A DNA stretch of 64,000 nt from Holosporales bacterium (GCA_031258785.1 JAIRMJ010000014.1:8759-72758), one strand, 5' to 3'. Shown: positions 18,828 to 29,794, counted from the first letter of the stretch. Numbers and translations are program-made. Notes: generated by a model from the sequence alone, not told the origin.

Positions 18828-21479
18828 TTACTGTTCGTGTTGTTCATCCTGGGTTTCGTCTATTGTTGAGACAGATGTAATCGTTTCGCCATCATTCAGT
18901 CTGAACAGTATCACTCCCTGCGCCACGCGCCGCGTGATCCTAATCTCATCAACTGAGCATCTCATTATCCTGCCAGTGTTGGTGACCATCATGATATGGG
19001 TCTCGTAATCTACGGGGAAAGACGCCACCACTCGCCCATTCCTCGGAGTTATAGCGATGTTCGTGAATCCCTGTGTTCCCCTGCCTGTCGCCCTGTAATC
19101 ATAGAACGACGAAACCTTACCAAATCCATTTTCGGTTACTGTCAGTATGAATTTTTCGTTCTTTGCGAGTTCTTCCATCCTGTCCTTAATTAGCCCATTT
19201 ACAATTTTGCCTTTCGATGCGAGTTTCCTCAGGTTGGCTGCATTTTTGAAGTATTTTTCTCTTTCTTCCAGAATGTTCTGTTCCCATTTGTCAAGTATGG
19301 CCAACGATATCACTTCGTCACTCTGCTTTAGTTTGATGCCTCTGACTCCGTTAGAATCCCTTCCAGCAAATATTCTGAGTTCATTTACCGGGAATCTATT
19401 GCAAATACCGCTGCGAGTCGCCAGAAATACGTCAGATTCGGTACCTCCGAGAGCGACACAGATAAGCTTCTCTCCATCATCCAGGGACATGGCTTTTTTG
19501 CCATTAGATTGTATGTTTGCGAAGTCATCGAATTTGCTCCTTCTGACATTGCCAAATGATGTCGAAAAGATGAGTGTCTTATCGCTATTATCTTCATTTG
19601 TCCTTACCACAAGGATGGTGGATATACTTTCCTGCTCTTCAATTGGCAATGTGTTTACCAAGGCACGCCCTCTTGAGCCAGCAGAACCCAGGGGCAGCTT
19701 GTAAACCTTCATTTTGTATACTCTGCCAGTTGATGAGAAGAAGAGAACGTCATCATGCGTATTTGCTATGATCACGTCCTGTACGACATCCTCTTCTTTG
19801 GTCTCCATGCCGCTACGGCCCCTGCCGCCCCTTTTCTGAGCCCTGTACGTTGACAGTGGGACCCTCTTTATGTACCCCCCAAACGTGTGTGTGATCACCA
19901 TATCCTCCTTTTGGATTAAATCTTCGATATCAACATCTTCATATATATTCTCAATCTGTGTGAGGCGTGGAGTGCCGTATTTCTCTTTAATTTCGATTAT
20001 TTCTTCTTTGACGATCTGGATGATCTTTTCTTTCGATCCGAGGATCTCCATCAGTTCCCTCATCTGGTCCACTACTTCACGTAGGTCACTCTGGATTTTG
20101 TCGCGTTCAAGGCCAGTTAGTCTGTGGAGGCGTAGATCCAGTATGGCGTCAGCTTGCTCGCTTGTAAGCCTGTATTCTCTCGCATTCTCGATTCCACCAC
20201 TCACCATTTCTAGCATAGACTTGACATTTTCGGCATCAAAGACTTCAGCCATCAAGTTCTCCTTCGCTTCAGCCTTATCAGTTGCCTGCCTGATGATTTT
20301 TATGACTCTATCGATATTGGCCACAGCCACGGCGAATCCAAGTAACACGTGTGCTCTTTCGCGGCTCTTTTTCAGATTAAACTTGCTTCTTCTGACGATG
20401 ACCTCCTGTCTGAACTCTATGAAGTTATCTATGATTCCTCGGAGCGATAGCTTTACTGGTCTGTTCTTGACGAGGGCCAGCATGTTGTAGCCAATGCTCG
20501 TCTGCAGCGGTGTGAACTTGTACAATTGATTCAGGATAACTTCGCCAGATGCGTCTCTTTTGAGTTCTATGACGATGCGCACACCATCTTTGTTTGATTC
20601 GTCCCTGATGTCACTTATGCCGTCTATGACCTTCTCTTTGACAAGCTCAGCTATTTTTTCGACCAACTTTGCCTTGTTCACTTGATACGGGATCTCATGT
20701 ACAATTATCACTTCCTTGTTATTTGAAACGTTTTCTATGCTGGTCTTGGAGCGGATAAGAACGGATCCACGCCCCGTATTGAAGGCCGCTCTGATGCCAT
20801 TATCTCCCATTATAATTCCGCCAGTTGGGAAATCCGGCCCTGGTATGCAGCTATGCATTAATTCATCGTTTGTGATTTCTGGGTTGTCTATGACGGAACA
20901 ACAGGCGTCTATGACTTCCCCGAGATTATGCGTCGGTATGTAGGTCGCCATGCCAACGGCAATCCCGCCAGCTCCATTCACAAGCAGATTTGGAAATTTT
21001 ACCGGAAGAACAGTCGGCTCCATGGTGGTGCTATCGTAGTTGGGTCGAAAGTTAACTGTGTCATCATCGATGTCAGAAACGAACTCGTGTGCGACTGCAG
21101 CCATCCTCGCTTCCGTATAGCGCGGTGCTGCAGCGGAATCTCCATCCATCGAGCCAAAGTTCCCTTGGCCATCAATGAGCGGCACACGCAAACTGAAATC
21201 TTGCGCCAACCGCACCATTGTGTCGTAGATTGCTGCATCGCCGTGTGGATGATATTTACCCATCACTTCTCCGACAACCCTGGCAGATTTTCTGTGAGGC
21301 TTATTGTGGTAATTACCAGTTTCGTTCATGGCGTATATAATGCGCCTGTGTACTGGCTTGAGCCCATCCCTGACATCCGGAAGCGCCCTAGAAACAATCA
21401 CGCTCATTGCGTAGTCTAGGTATGAATTCTGAACCTCTTCTTCAATCGGGATGGTGATTATACTTTTTCTGTTCTCCAT
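18828..21479 (-). CDS. gyrA: DNA gyrase subunit A
   Basis: [32 protein letters not shown]...[23 protein letters not shown]. 883 aa. Confidence 0.97.
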   Translation of the reverse strand: MENRKSIITIPIEEEVQNSYLDYAMSVIVSRALPDVRDGLKPVHRRIIYAMNETGNYHNKPHRKSARVVGEVMGKYHPHGDAAIYDTMVRLAQDFSLRVPLIDGQGNFGSMDGDSAAAPRYTEARMAAVAHEFVSDIDDDTVNFRPNYDSTTMEPTVLPVKFPNLLVNGAGGIAVGMATYIPTHNLGEVIDACCSVIDNPEITNDELMHSCIPGPDFPTGGIIMGDNGIRAAFNTGRGSVLIRSKTSIENVSNNKEVIIVHEIPYQVNKAKLVEKIAELVKEKVIDGISDIRDESNKDGVRIVIELKRDASGEVILNQLYKFTPLQTSIGYNMLALVKNRPVKLSLRGIIDNFIEFRQEVIVRRSKFNLKKSRERAHVLLGFAVAVANIDRVIKIIRQATDKAEAKENLMAEVFDAENVKSMLEMVSGGIENAREYRLTSEQADAILDLRLHRLTGLERDKIQSDLREVVDQMRELMEILGSKEKIIQIVKEEIIEIKEKYGTPRLTQIENIYEDVDIEDLIQKEDMVITHTFGGYIKRVPLSTYRAQKRGGRGRSGMETKEEDVVQDVIIANTHDDVLFFSSTGRVYKMKVYKLPLGSAGSRGRALVNTLPIEEQESISTILVVRTNEDNSDKTLIFSTSFGNVRRSKFDDFANIQSNGKKAMSLDDGEKLICVALGGTESDVFLATRSGICNRFPVNELRIFAGRDSNGVRGIKLKQSDEVISLAILDKWEQNILEEREKYFKNAANLRKLASKGKIVNGLIKDRMEELAKNEKFILTVTENGFGKVSSFYDYRATGRGTQGFTNIAITPRNGRVVASFPVDYETHIMMVTNTGRIMRCSVDEIRITRRVAQGVILFRLNDGETITSVSTIDETQDEQHEQ

Positions 21480-21722
21480 GTCACGGTAGTTCGGTCCTTG
21501 TATGCAATTGCATGATTATAGCACATTGGACTGAAAATATGTGGTTTTTGGAAGTTCCAAACAGGGGATGGCTAACAGTGTCTACAAAGCAGATATGGCA
21601 GGTCCTGCTTATCGATTCTGGGTTTCAGGGGTTTCCCAGCCTCTTTTTGATACTCTGTCTGTGCGCGTCGCATTCCGGTATTCATCAGATAGCTGCCCGC
21701 TGTGTGGTTACAGCGGCCATTA

Positions 21723-22229
21723 TCACCACGGCATTGCCTTTCCCGTGTCATTGATTAGCCATTCATTTACTGTTTTACCGCCTGCTCTCGTCGGGTTTTC
21801 GATGTGAGTCGAGATTTCCTTACCGTAGGAACTATTTGCCATGAGCAGCGCACGAATAGTCCTATATGTCTCTCTTAGAGCTGACATTGTATCTACCCAG
21901 TATAATCCGCCATTATCCATTGGTTCATTTGGTGATTGTTTAGTACACTGGCGCTCTTTAGTCCTAATAATCATTCTCATTATCTCCTCCAGTGCGTGAC
22001 AGCCTTCTCTCTGTATGTTCCACATTCTTTGCCGTACTGCTTTCCGACTTGTACCAAGTCTGACCTCTGTTTGCCAGTCTTGCATTGCTTGCTCGAGTTG
22101 ATTTTTGTAGTTCTTAGTAGCTATTTCAAGCTGTATTCTGGATTCCTCGCCGCCGCCCGATTTGCTGTATTCTGGGCTATTTTGTTCGATATAGAGGATA
22201 TGCTGCCAGATGTACTCTGGTGTCTGCAT
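21723..22229 (-). CDS. Hypothetical ORF overlapping the 3' end of the upstream small secreted gene in another frame (possible frameshifted remainder)
   Basis: 168-aa ORF with no SD sequence. It overlaps 22177-22491 by 53 nt in the +1 frame. A TAA two codons upstream of its ATG closes the frame. Confidence 0.35.
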   Translation of the reverse strand: MQTPEYIWQHILYIEQNSPEYSKSGGGEESRIQLEIATKNYKNQLEQAMQDWQTEVRLGTSRKAVRQRMWNIQREGCHALEEIMRMIIRTKERQCTKQSPNEPMDNGGLYWVDTMSALRETYRTIRALLMANSSYGKEISTHIENPTRAGGKTVNEWLINDTGKAMPW

Positions 22230-22491
22230 CAGTTAGGTATGAAAAATCGTACCCATCTGGCTCCATTATGTCCTGCTCCGGATCTCTTGTCGCTGCTGCT
22301 CGATATATCAATTTCGAGATTCCTCCCCGTGCGAGATCTGTGGTATGCGGGGCGATGTACCTTCCTAGAACTTCTCCTGATTGCTTTGCCTCATCTTTTG
22401 TCTGAGCTTGTGCCTCTGCACCGATCGTTATCGTTCCTCCGAGCATGACTGCAAGCGGCATGCCTAGAGCTCTTATTTTTGTAATTTTCAC
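22177..22491 (-). CDS. Small secreted hypothetical protein (shared signal-peptide cassette, copy 1)
   Basis: GTG at 22491 is preceded by AGGAGA. It encodes MKITKIRALGMPLAVMLGGTITIGAEAQAQ... The track start at 22542 is probably too long. Confidence 0.45.
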   Translation of the reverse strand: MKITKIRALGMPLAVMLGGTITIGAEAQAQTKDEAKQSGEVLGRYIAPHTTDLARGGISKLIYRAAATRDPEQDIMEPDGYDFSYLTDADTRVHLAAYPLYRTK

Positions 22492-22518
22492 AATTATCTC
22501 CTGCTTTAAAAAAACACC
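22439..22518 (-). repeat. 80-nt conserved leader/RBS/signal-peptide cassette, copy 1
   Basis: 75/80 identical to 23350-23429. The block 22473-22518 is 46/46 identical. It covers GGTGTTTTTTTAAAGCAGGAGATAATTGTGAAAATTACAAAAATAA on the minus strand. Confidence 0.9.
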
Positions 22519-22790
22519 GCTCTCGCAAATCCAGCCGGCCACAACACCCGCCGCGGCAGTGTTGTCGCTGGTATATTGGAAATCGCACCAGTTGTTAATC
22601 GCATAGCCGAGTGTCTTAGCTAAAGGCCACTATGGTTGGCCTATGCCAGCGAGCCTGATCCAGGGATTTTTGCACATTTATCTCTTTTAGCTCTTGGACT
22701 AAATCCGATTCGCTTGGCCTAGATGCTTTGGTTGGATCGTGCCCCGGCGATGCTGGGGCGTGACCGCTTCGTTGGATGATTTTTTTCCGG

Positions 22791-23402
22791 TTAATCGCAG
22801 AAATAATGCAAAAACATCTCCCAGAGGCGCTTTTCCATTTCTGATCTGCCTGAGTCGCTGATTAAGTCGTTGTAAGGATCCACTAGTACGTTGCTATTAA
22901 GATAGTTCACTATATTCTTATCCTTCCGATCTTGCTCTGTCATGATAAGTGATTCCCTTGTCTTTGGTGGATAACCTAATGCTTTTAGCTTATCGTCAAA
23001 TTCAATGATTGCTTTTTGACAGACCACTATTTTTTTCACCCCGTCTATGCATCTGAAGAGATCGTTTTCCGGTGCTTTCGCGAGAGCGTTGAGTTCTACG
23101 ATTCGCGTCACCAGGTCGCGCCTGAGTTGCTCAATCTTTGCGGTAATTTCGTCGGGCCAGTCCTCACCTTTTCTCTCCCTCTTTGATTGCTCTGCAATTT
23201 GGATACATTCGTTTGCCCTCTCGACTACTGTGTGGTCGCGATCGCTTCCTAGACATTCCGCGTGCTCTCTGATGAGATTTTTCGTTTTCGGTGAAAAAGC
23301 CTGCACATTATCCTGAGCCTGAACTGATGGATCCATGATTGCGATTGTTCCGAGCATGACCGCAAGCGTCACGCCTAGAGTTTTTATTTTTGTAATTTTC
23401 AC
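22791..23402 (-). CDS. Small secreted hypothetical protein (shared signal-peptide cassette, copy 2)
   Basis: GTG at 23402 is preceded by AGGAGA. It encodes MKITKIKTLGVTLAVMLGTIAIMDPSVQAQ... The mature part is helical and Cys-containing, with no known motif. Confidence 0.6.
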   Translation of the reverse strand: MKITKIKTLGVTLAVMLGTIAIMDPSVQAQDNVQAFSPKTKNLIREHAECLGSDRDHTVVERANECIQIAEQSKRERKGEDWPDEITAKIEQLRRDLVTRIVELNALAKAPENDLFRCIDGVKKIVVCQKAIIEFDDKLKALGYPPKTRESLIMTEQDRKDKNIVNYLNSNVLVDPYNDLISDSGRSEMEKRLWEMFLHYFCD

Positions 23403-23429
23403 AATTATCTCCTGCTTTAAAAAAACACC
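23350..23429 (-). repeat. 80-nt conserved leader/RBS/signal-peptide cassette, copy 2
   Basis: See copy 1. Weaker similarity continues about 60 nt further upstream. Confidence 0.9.
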
Positions 23430-23805
23430 ACCTTCGCTATCCCATCGTGCTATAGCAACCGACATGGCAGCGGTTCCGTCCACTATATCGCAAATTTTAG
23501 TGTATGGCAATGATATAACTGCATGTCGGGGATAGAGAGCCTTGAAGACTGCAGTGATGGAAATGGTAAGTTAGAAGATATATGCATAAATTCCTGGAGT
23601 GCGAATCTAATTTCATGCAGGAAAAGGGACATTTTTAGAATAGCGATGCCATGGGCTAAAAAACTTCTTGACTGAGTGGCTAGATTGTGGTAGCATAAAC
23701 TCATACTCGGCCCTGTGCCTCCGTGACATAGGAGCTGAAAAAGAGGCCAAGATGGCCGCAAAATACCATATTAGAAACCATCAAAACAATTTAAGGAGAA
23801 GGATC

Positions 23806-24990
23806 ATGCTAACAAGATTTTTTAAAAATTATGTAAATGGTAAGATTGGAGATTCGAAATCTGCCCTTGTTTCATATAGAACCGCAAATATTATGTCTTC
23901 AACGGACTATGACGATCTGGCGGAGACAGGCTATAAAAAGAACATTGTCGTGTATAGGTGTGTGCAATTAATCGCAAGGGCTCTTGCCTCTGTAAAGTGG
24001 ATCCTTCACAAAACCAATGGCCATGACGAAATAGACGAGGTTTTATATACTCATCCCATTTTGGACTTGATTGGCAGGCCAAATTCAAGGCAATACAAGA
24101 CCACTTTCATAGAAGAGGCGATTTCATATCTTCTGCTATCTGGAAATTGTTACATTACTGTTGTACGAGATACGAAGGGTATACCAAGAGAACTGCATTT
24201 GCTGCGACCAGACAGGGTAAAGATCATTCCAGGCAAGAGTGCAATCCCCGAGGGGTACGAGTATATGTCTGGGAATGTTACAAAGGTATTCGAAGTCGAT
24301 CAAGAGACCGGAGGAAGCGAGCTGCTGCACATCAAGCTATTCAATCCACTTGATGATTGGTATGGAATGAGTCCTGTAGAAGTCGCCATGGGTTCGATCA
24401 ACCAACATAATGCAATAGCCCAACAAAATACGTCATTTCTGCAGAATGGTGGACGTCCATCTGGTGCGCTTATGTATAACGCGCCAATTGATCGCCAAAA
24501 GAGAGAGGAACTGCAGAACAATCTAAGAAATCTATATGAAGGTGGCCGAAATGCCGGCAAATTACTCCTGCTAGAAGGTAGCTTCGACTGGAAGGAAATG
24601 GGCCTCTCTCCAAAGGATTTGGATTTTATATCAGGCAAAGAGCTATCCGCCAAGGAAATAGCGCTTGTATTTGGCGTCCCAAGCATATTGATAGGGTGTA
24701 TGTCGTCTGCCACGTTTTCGAACTACAAGGAAGCAAGATATAACTTCTGGGAAGAAACCCTCATTCCACTCCTCAATGTAATTACTGGGGAACTTTCCAA
24801 CTGGCTTCAAACAATTTTCAAGACGGAGTATAGCTTGTGGTACGATCTGGATTCAATTCCAGCTCTCTCCAGAAGACGGGAGTCTGAATGGAAAAAAATC
24901 AATGAAGCTACATTCTTGACAACTGACGAAAAACGCGAAGCATTTGGATACGTGCGCCTCGACGCAGCTGCCCCAACATCCCAGAATTAA
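23806..24990 (+). CDS. Phage portal protein, HK97 family (GTA-type), isolated
   Basis: YRCVQLIARALASVKW...LLLSGNCYI...QNGGRPSGAL...GKELSAKEIALVFGVPSILIG...NYKEARYNFWEETLIPL. ATG at 23806 follows AAGGAGAAGG. Confidence 0.92.
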   Translation: MLTRFFKNYVNGKIGDSKSALVSYRTANIMSSTDYDDLAETGYKKNIVVYRCVQLIARALASVKWILHKTNGHDEIDEVLYTHPILDLIGRPNSRQYKTTFIEEAISYLLLSGNCYITVVRDTKGIPRELHLLRPDRVKIIPGKSAIPEGYEYMSGNVTKVFEVDQETGGSELLHIKLFNPLDDWYGMSPVEVAMGSINQHNAIAQQNTSFLQNGGRPSGALMYNAPIDRQKREELQNNLRNLYEGGRNAGKLLLLEGSFDWKEMGLSPKDLDFISGKELSAKEIALVFGVPSILIGCMSSATFSNYKEARYNFWEETLIPLLNVITGELSNWLQTIFKTEYSLWYDLDSIPALSRRRESEWKKINEATFLTTDEKREAFGYVRLDAAAPTSQN

Positions 24991-25274
24991 CGAGGAATAA
25001 CTCCGGGTTTCAACCGCTACACACCATTTGTACCCCAAAACCGCAATGCCTTTTGGCACATTCTCCCACGTCCACATCAGTCTTTTCGATAATCAGCGTA
25101 CTTCCATATACATATACTACATTCAATGCGTCGGCAGCACACGTCCTTCCCTGGAACAAAATATATGTGGAAGTGAAGATCTATCCAAGTGTCATCCATG
25201 ATGTTCCTACACTTAAACTTACGATTTTCGTCGGCAAAAATCGTAAGTTTTTGCGCAGTATGTCATAAAGGTTG

Positions 25275-27299
25275 CTAGCGAGAGCTGCCACGTGAGTGGC
25301 GATATTTCTTCAGCTTTTTGCTATTGGTGTCTGTGTCATCAGCAGAAGTGTTGTGAAGTAGCTTTTGGAGCTCGTCCCTATACATTGCTGCCTCTTCAAA
25401 TAGCAGATTCTCTGAAGCCTTCAACATCTGTTTTTCCAACTCTGCAATTTTGCGTCTCGCAGAGGTTGCTGTGGCTGGAATAATCCCATCACTACCTGCT
25501 GCAATTGCCGTCGGTGTAGTCATGGGTCTTTTTGTGATAGGTTTAGGCTGAATATTGTGCTTAATGTTGAATTCGTGTTGGATGCTGCGGCGGCGTTCTG
25601 TTTCCTCCATAGCGGTCCTCATTGAGCCAGTTACTACGTCGGCATACATGATTACTCTTCCATCTGGATTTCTGGCCGCTCTTCCGATTGTTTGAACAAG
25701 GGCCGTGCGAGAACGCAGATACCCCTCTTTATCGGCATCTAAAATGGCCACTAAGGCGCATTCTGGAATGTCCAGTCCCTCACGTAGCAGATTAATTCCA
25801 ACTAGCACATCGAATTCTCCGGCCTTCAGAGCTCTCATAATTTCGATCCTATCCAAGGTGTCTGTGTCAGAATGCATATATGTGACGTTAATCCCGTACT
25901 CCGCTAGATATTCGGTGAGATGTTCAGCCATCTTTTTCGTGAGAGTTGTGATTAGGGTGCGGAATCCATTGCGGGTTGTGGCTTGGATTTCTGCGATTAA
26001 ATCGTCTACTTGGCCGTCACATGGCCTCACTATACAGATAGGATCCAATATTCCAGTGGGGCGCACGAGTTGTTCTACTACGTGGTCCTCGCCGGCTCTT
26101 GACAGTTCAAATGCGCTTGGAGTCGCGGACATGAAGATAGTTTGAGGTCTGATGAAGTCCCACTCTTCGAACTTTAGAGGTCTGTTATCCATGCAAGATG
26201 GCAACCTGAATCCATAGTCTGAGAGCGTCTGTTTTCTTGCTCTATCTCCGAGGTACATGCCACGTACCTGTGGGATGCTAACATGGCTCTCATCCACAAC
26301 CAGGAGCGCACCAACCGGCAAATATTCCAATAGTGTTGGAGGAGGCTCACCTGGTTGTCGTCCAGTGAGGTATCTTGAGTAATTCTCTATTCCGGAACAC
26401 ATGCCAGTTGCTTTGAGCATCTCCATATCGAACATAACTCTCTGCTCAAGTCTTTGCTTTTCCAGGAGTTTCCCATCTCTCTCGAGCTCCTGCAGCCTTA
26501 TTAACAAATCACCTTGGATCTGTTTGATGGCTCTGTTGATTATTGTGGTTGAGGTCGTGTAGTGGCTATTGGAAAATATCTTGATACTACTCATGTCTCG
26601 TAGCTTGTGATATGAGGGGTATTCAACCTCGGATATCGTCTCAATTTCGTCACCGAAGAAACTTAGTTTCCAGAAGCAATCTGATTTGTGAGATGGAAAT
26701 ATTTCAATAACATCCCCTTTGGATCGAAATGTACCTCGTTTGAAATCGATGTCATTCCTCTGATACTGGAGATCAGCTAACTGTCTGCATAGCTTTTGTG
26801 GCGAGCGCCTATCTCCAACACCAAGTTTGATTACAATGTCAGCATACGTCTCGATGGGGCCTATGCCGTATATGCAGGATACGCTCGCTACGATGATCAC
26901 ATCTCTTCGCTCTAGGAGAGACCTTGTAGCCGAGTGTCGCATCCTATCGATCTCTTCGTTAATTGCTGATGTTTTTTCTATATACGTGTCTGAATTTGGG
27001 ACATACGCCTCCGGTTGGTAGTAGTCATAATACGACACGAAATATTCAACCGCATTGTCAGGGAAAAACGCCTTCATTTCTGAAAATATCTGTGATGCTA
27101 ACGTTTTGTTGTGGGTCATGATCAAGGTGGGCATACCCAGCTTTTCGATCACATTCGCTATCGTGAATGTTTTGCCAGAGCCTGTTACTCCGACTAGCAC
27201 CTGGTCTCTTGATTTGTTTTTGAATCCTCTCGCAAGGAAGTCCACAGCTTGCCTCTGATCACCAGCTAGTCCGTATTCAGAGTGCAGCGCGAACGACAT
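25275..27299 (-). CDS. uvrB: Excinuclease ABC subunit B
   Basis: GLAGDQRQAVDFL...LVGVTGSGKTFT...VVDESHVSIPQ... plus a C-terminal UVR domain (LFEEAAMYRDELQKL). Confidence 0.97.
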   Translation of the reverse strand: MSFALHSEYGLAGDQRQAVDFLARGFKNKSRDQVLVGVTGSGKTFTIANVIEKLGMPTLIMTHNKTLASQIFSEMKAFFPDNAVEYFVSYYDYYQPEAYVPNSDTYIEKTSAINEEIDRMRHSATRSLLERRDVIIVASVSCIYGIGPIETYADIVIKLGVGDRRSPQKLCRQLADLQYQRNDIDFKRGTFRSKGDVIEIFPSHKSDCFWKLSFFGDEIETISEVEYPSYHKLRDMSSIKIFSNSHYTTSTTIINRAIKQIQGDLLIRLQELERDGKLLEKQRLEQRVMFDMEMLKATGMCSGIENYSRYLTGRQPGEPPPTLLEYLPVGALLVVDESHVSIPQVRGMYLGDRARKQTLSDYGFRLPSCMDNRPLKFEEWDFIRPQTIFMSATPSAFELSRAGEDHVVEQLVRPTGILDPICIVRPCDGQVDDLIAEIQATTRNGFRTLITTLTKKMAEHLTEYLAEYGINVTYMHSDTDTLDRIEIMRALKAGEFDVLVGINLLREGLDIPECALVAILDADKEGYLRSRTALVQTIGRAARNPDGRVIMYADVVTGSMRTAMEETERRRSIQHEFNIKHNIQPKPITKRPMTTPTAIAAGSDGIIPATATSARRKIAELEKQMLKASENLLFEEAAMYRDELQKLLHNTSADDTDTNSKKLKKYRHSRGSSR

Positions 27300-27517
27300 T
27301 ATTTCTCTCGGAAGATTATTCTCCCCTTTGTTATATCATAAGGGGTCATCTCGATTGTGACCCTATCGCCAATCAGAATCCTGATCCGATTCTTCTTCAT
27401 TCTTCCAGATGAGTGCGCAAGGATCTTGTGCCCATTCTCGAGCTCTACTCTAAACATGGCGTTCGGTAGGATTTCCATCACAGATCCACCAAATTCTACT
27501 AAATCTTCTTTCGGCAT
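27299..27517 (-). CDS. infA: Translation initiation factor IF-1
   Basis: [61 protein letters not shown]. Its stop overlaps the uvrB ATG (TAATG). Confidence 0.95.
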   Translation of the reverse strand: MPKEDLVEFGGSVMEILPNAMFRVELENGHKILAHSSGRMKKNRIRILIGDRVTIEMTPYDITKGRIIFREK

Positions 27518-27548
27518 AAAAAATGAACTACTGACGTCTACATATTAA

Positions 27549-27800
27549 TTATACGGTAAATAAACAGAAACTGTAATGGCTTTGTTTTAGCTTTTTTTCT
27601 TTTTTTTGCTTTTGTTGTTTTTTTGTCGCTGTAGAAATTAGTCCGGTAACCTGCTCAGCTCCCCAGTCCACCCCATAACCATTCTTGTTTAGGGTAGAAG
27701 CTCTGTAGCGTGCCGCATTCTTTTTTGGCTGATAGATCAGCGCTTTGGTTTCAGTGATTTCTTTTATTAGATCTCGCTTCATGGTAGTTCTGATAGGCAT
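27549..27800 (-). CDS. Small basic hypothetical protein
   Basis: 83-aa ORF packed between the 649-aa gene (6-nt gap) and infA (31-nt gap). It has a Lys-rich tail encoded by A-runs. No recognisable motif. Confidence 0.3.
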   Translation of the reverse strand: MPIRTTMKRDLIKEITETKALIYQPKKNAARYRASTLNKNGYGVDWGAEQVTGLISTATKKQQKQKKEKKLKQSHYSFCLFTV

Positions 27801-27806
27801 ATTTTG

Positions 27807-29756
27807 CTATTCATTCAAGCTGAGCACTTGCGAGAGGTCATCGATATCGATCTTTATGCTTTTGATTGCGGTGCCGTCCTTCATCCTATGGATTTCAAGC
27901 GTCATGTCTTTTGTTTCATCGTATAGATGTATAGCGTAGACCCCGGCATATAGTCTGATCATAGCGAATCCTAAGTTGGTTGTCTCTAGGCCAAAGCTGA
28001 CAGGTACACCGAATATTTTTGATATTCCTGCGATTCGTGTGGGTTCTAGAAATTCATTGTATGTTATTGCCCTGAAGCCCTCCAGTTTGAGACCACCAAG
28101 TCTTAAGATTGTTTTGTCGTTGTCACAAAAGAAGAGCAGACTGTTTTGTATTTTATCCTTTTCTACTCTTATACGCCCTATTTTTACTCGATCTAGTCTC
28201 TGTTGCGCGATTTCTATAGCTCCATCGCTGAAATCGATTTCATATTTTCCATCGTCCGTTGATTGACTACCCTGACCCTCACATGCCAGTTTGCTACAGT
28301 GTATCTTGATTGGTTTATCCAGTAGAGTGGCGCTGCATCTGGAGTCAGCTTTGATTATAACCTTTTTTTCTCCTCGTCCGTTTCCGTTATTGATAGTTAT
28401 TTTCTTAGCTCTTAGATTTAGATTTTTATATGGTTGATAGCTAATTTCTTCTTTACCAGTAATTTCTAAGCTCTTGAGCTGCCCTTGATGATATTCGACT
28501 AGCAGCTCGCTGATCGGTTTTGCTTTCTTAAGTCTATCAGCCGGATCGATGATGATAAGTTCATGCTCAAGCTCACCTGTTTTACAGTTGATTGATGATA
28601 TGCCTGTTCGACGGGTATGAATTATTTCTTTACATTTGCCAGAGAATAAGAATTCCGGGCCTAGTATTAATTTGGGGCTTTGTGCCAGGTACCAGGATTC
28701 ATATTTATCAGTGATTCGAGATAGGGATTGCACCGCGGATCCAGTGAGAAGAATCTTATCGTTTACGATTGAATGTTGGAGCACCCAGTTCTCCTCAGGA
28801 GTTCCTTTATCTGTCTGATGAATCTCATTTAGCTCCTGCTCCCAGTTTGCGTCGAATATTAGGGTGTGATCAGGAATGATCGTTTGACGCTTTGTTAGGC
28901 TGATGTACAAGTCCCCATGATATATTGTTGGAGAGTATGGATCTTCTGAGTTTGGATCAATCCAAGCTCCGTAATATCTAGGAAACGCTCTGGTCGAGCC
29001 TGGGTAGCCCAGAGCAAACCCATTGTATTCAATTCCAAAGACGTACTGCGGGTAAGATATTAGTCTAGCTGTGTTTCTTAGGTTGTGCTGCCAGCCGATC
29101 TTTATTGATCCGAGCGTTTCTATGAGTTCAGCCAACCTAAGCGCCTGCCACCAGCGGCTTATATCTTCTGTCGCTTCTAAAATTTTCTTTTCAATCCACT
29201 GTCTTTCCTTGGATATTTTTTCACCTAGCTCCCTGGTTCCATAATTAGTTATTACTGTATCAATTCCGGCTATTATCTCATTTTTGAGACTTACAGGGTT
29301 CATGGAGAGAGGACCTTTACTTGGGAGACGGTATCTGTTCTCAAGTATCATGAATTCGAGAACAATTCCATTGAACTGCGAGTTTTCCATCTCGGCTAGA
29401 GATAAGAGCATTTGCTCAGTTAGCGTCTCAAGACCAAGAACCAGTGTCCATGCCGGCTTTGTTTGCATAATCATATCGCGTATGGTTTTTAGTGATTCTT
29501 TACTTTTTTTCCCATCGCTAAGTTCGTACTCCCCCTCGGCAAGTTTCAGTAGATCTCCGGTTCTATTCGCTTCATCGTTGAGCCCATTCTTTTCGTACTG
29601 ACCTTTCTCATTTTTTAGATCTTTTTTAAGATTTTCCATATGCGCATCAAAAATCTCCCCTATTTCTTCGGTTTCGTGGTTTTCTATAGCCGTCGCATAT
29701 ACTGATGACGGCCACATTGTCATTAAAATTGCTAGTAAAGTTGTTTTAAAGTTCAT
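27807..29756 (-). CDS. Secreted hypothetical protein, family member (tandem paralog 1)
   Basis: 649 aa with signal peptide MNFKTTLLAILMTMWPSSVYA. It aligns along its full length with the adjacent 29943-31847 gene. Confidence 0.8.
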   Translation of the reverse strand: MNFKTTLLAILMTMWPSSVYATAIENHETEEIGEIFDAHMENLKKDLKNEKGQYEKNGLNDEANRTGDLLKLAEGEYELSDGKKSKESLKTIRDMIMQTKPAWTLVLGLETLTEQMLLSLAEMENSQFNGIVLEFMILENRYRLPSKGPLSMNPVSLKNEIIAGIDTVITNYGTRELGEKISKERQWIEKKILEATEDISRWWQALRLAELIETLGSIKIGWQHNLRNTARLISYPQYVFGIEYNGFALGYPGSTRAFPRYYGAWIDPNSEDPYSPTIYHGDLYISLTKRQTIIPDHTLIFDANWEQELNEIHQTDKGTPEENWVLQHSIVNDKILLTGSAVQSLSRITDKYESWYLAQSPKLILGPEFLFSGKCKEIIHTRRTGISSINCKTGELEHELIIIDPADRLKKAKPISELLVEYHQGQLKSLEITGKEEISYQPYKNLNLRAKKITINNGNGRGEKKVIIKADSRCSATLLDKPIKIHCSKLACEGQGSQSTDDGKYEIDFSDGAIEIAQQRLDRVKIGRIRVEKDKIQNSLLFFCDNDKTILRLGGLKLEGFRAITYNEFLEPTRIAGISKIFGVPVSFGLETTNLGFAMIRLYAGVYAIHLYDETKDMTLEIHRMKDGTAIKSIKIDIDDLSQVLSLNE

Positions 29757-29794
29757 CCTATCCCCATCCTGTAGTAAATATCTATTGTCTTAAT

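Noticed and set aside
19870-21419. 206-aa and 163-aa plus-strand ORFs
   Set aside because: They are antisense to gyrA, which is unambiguous.
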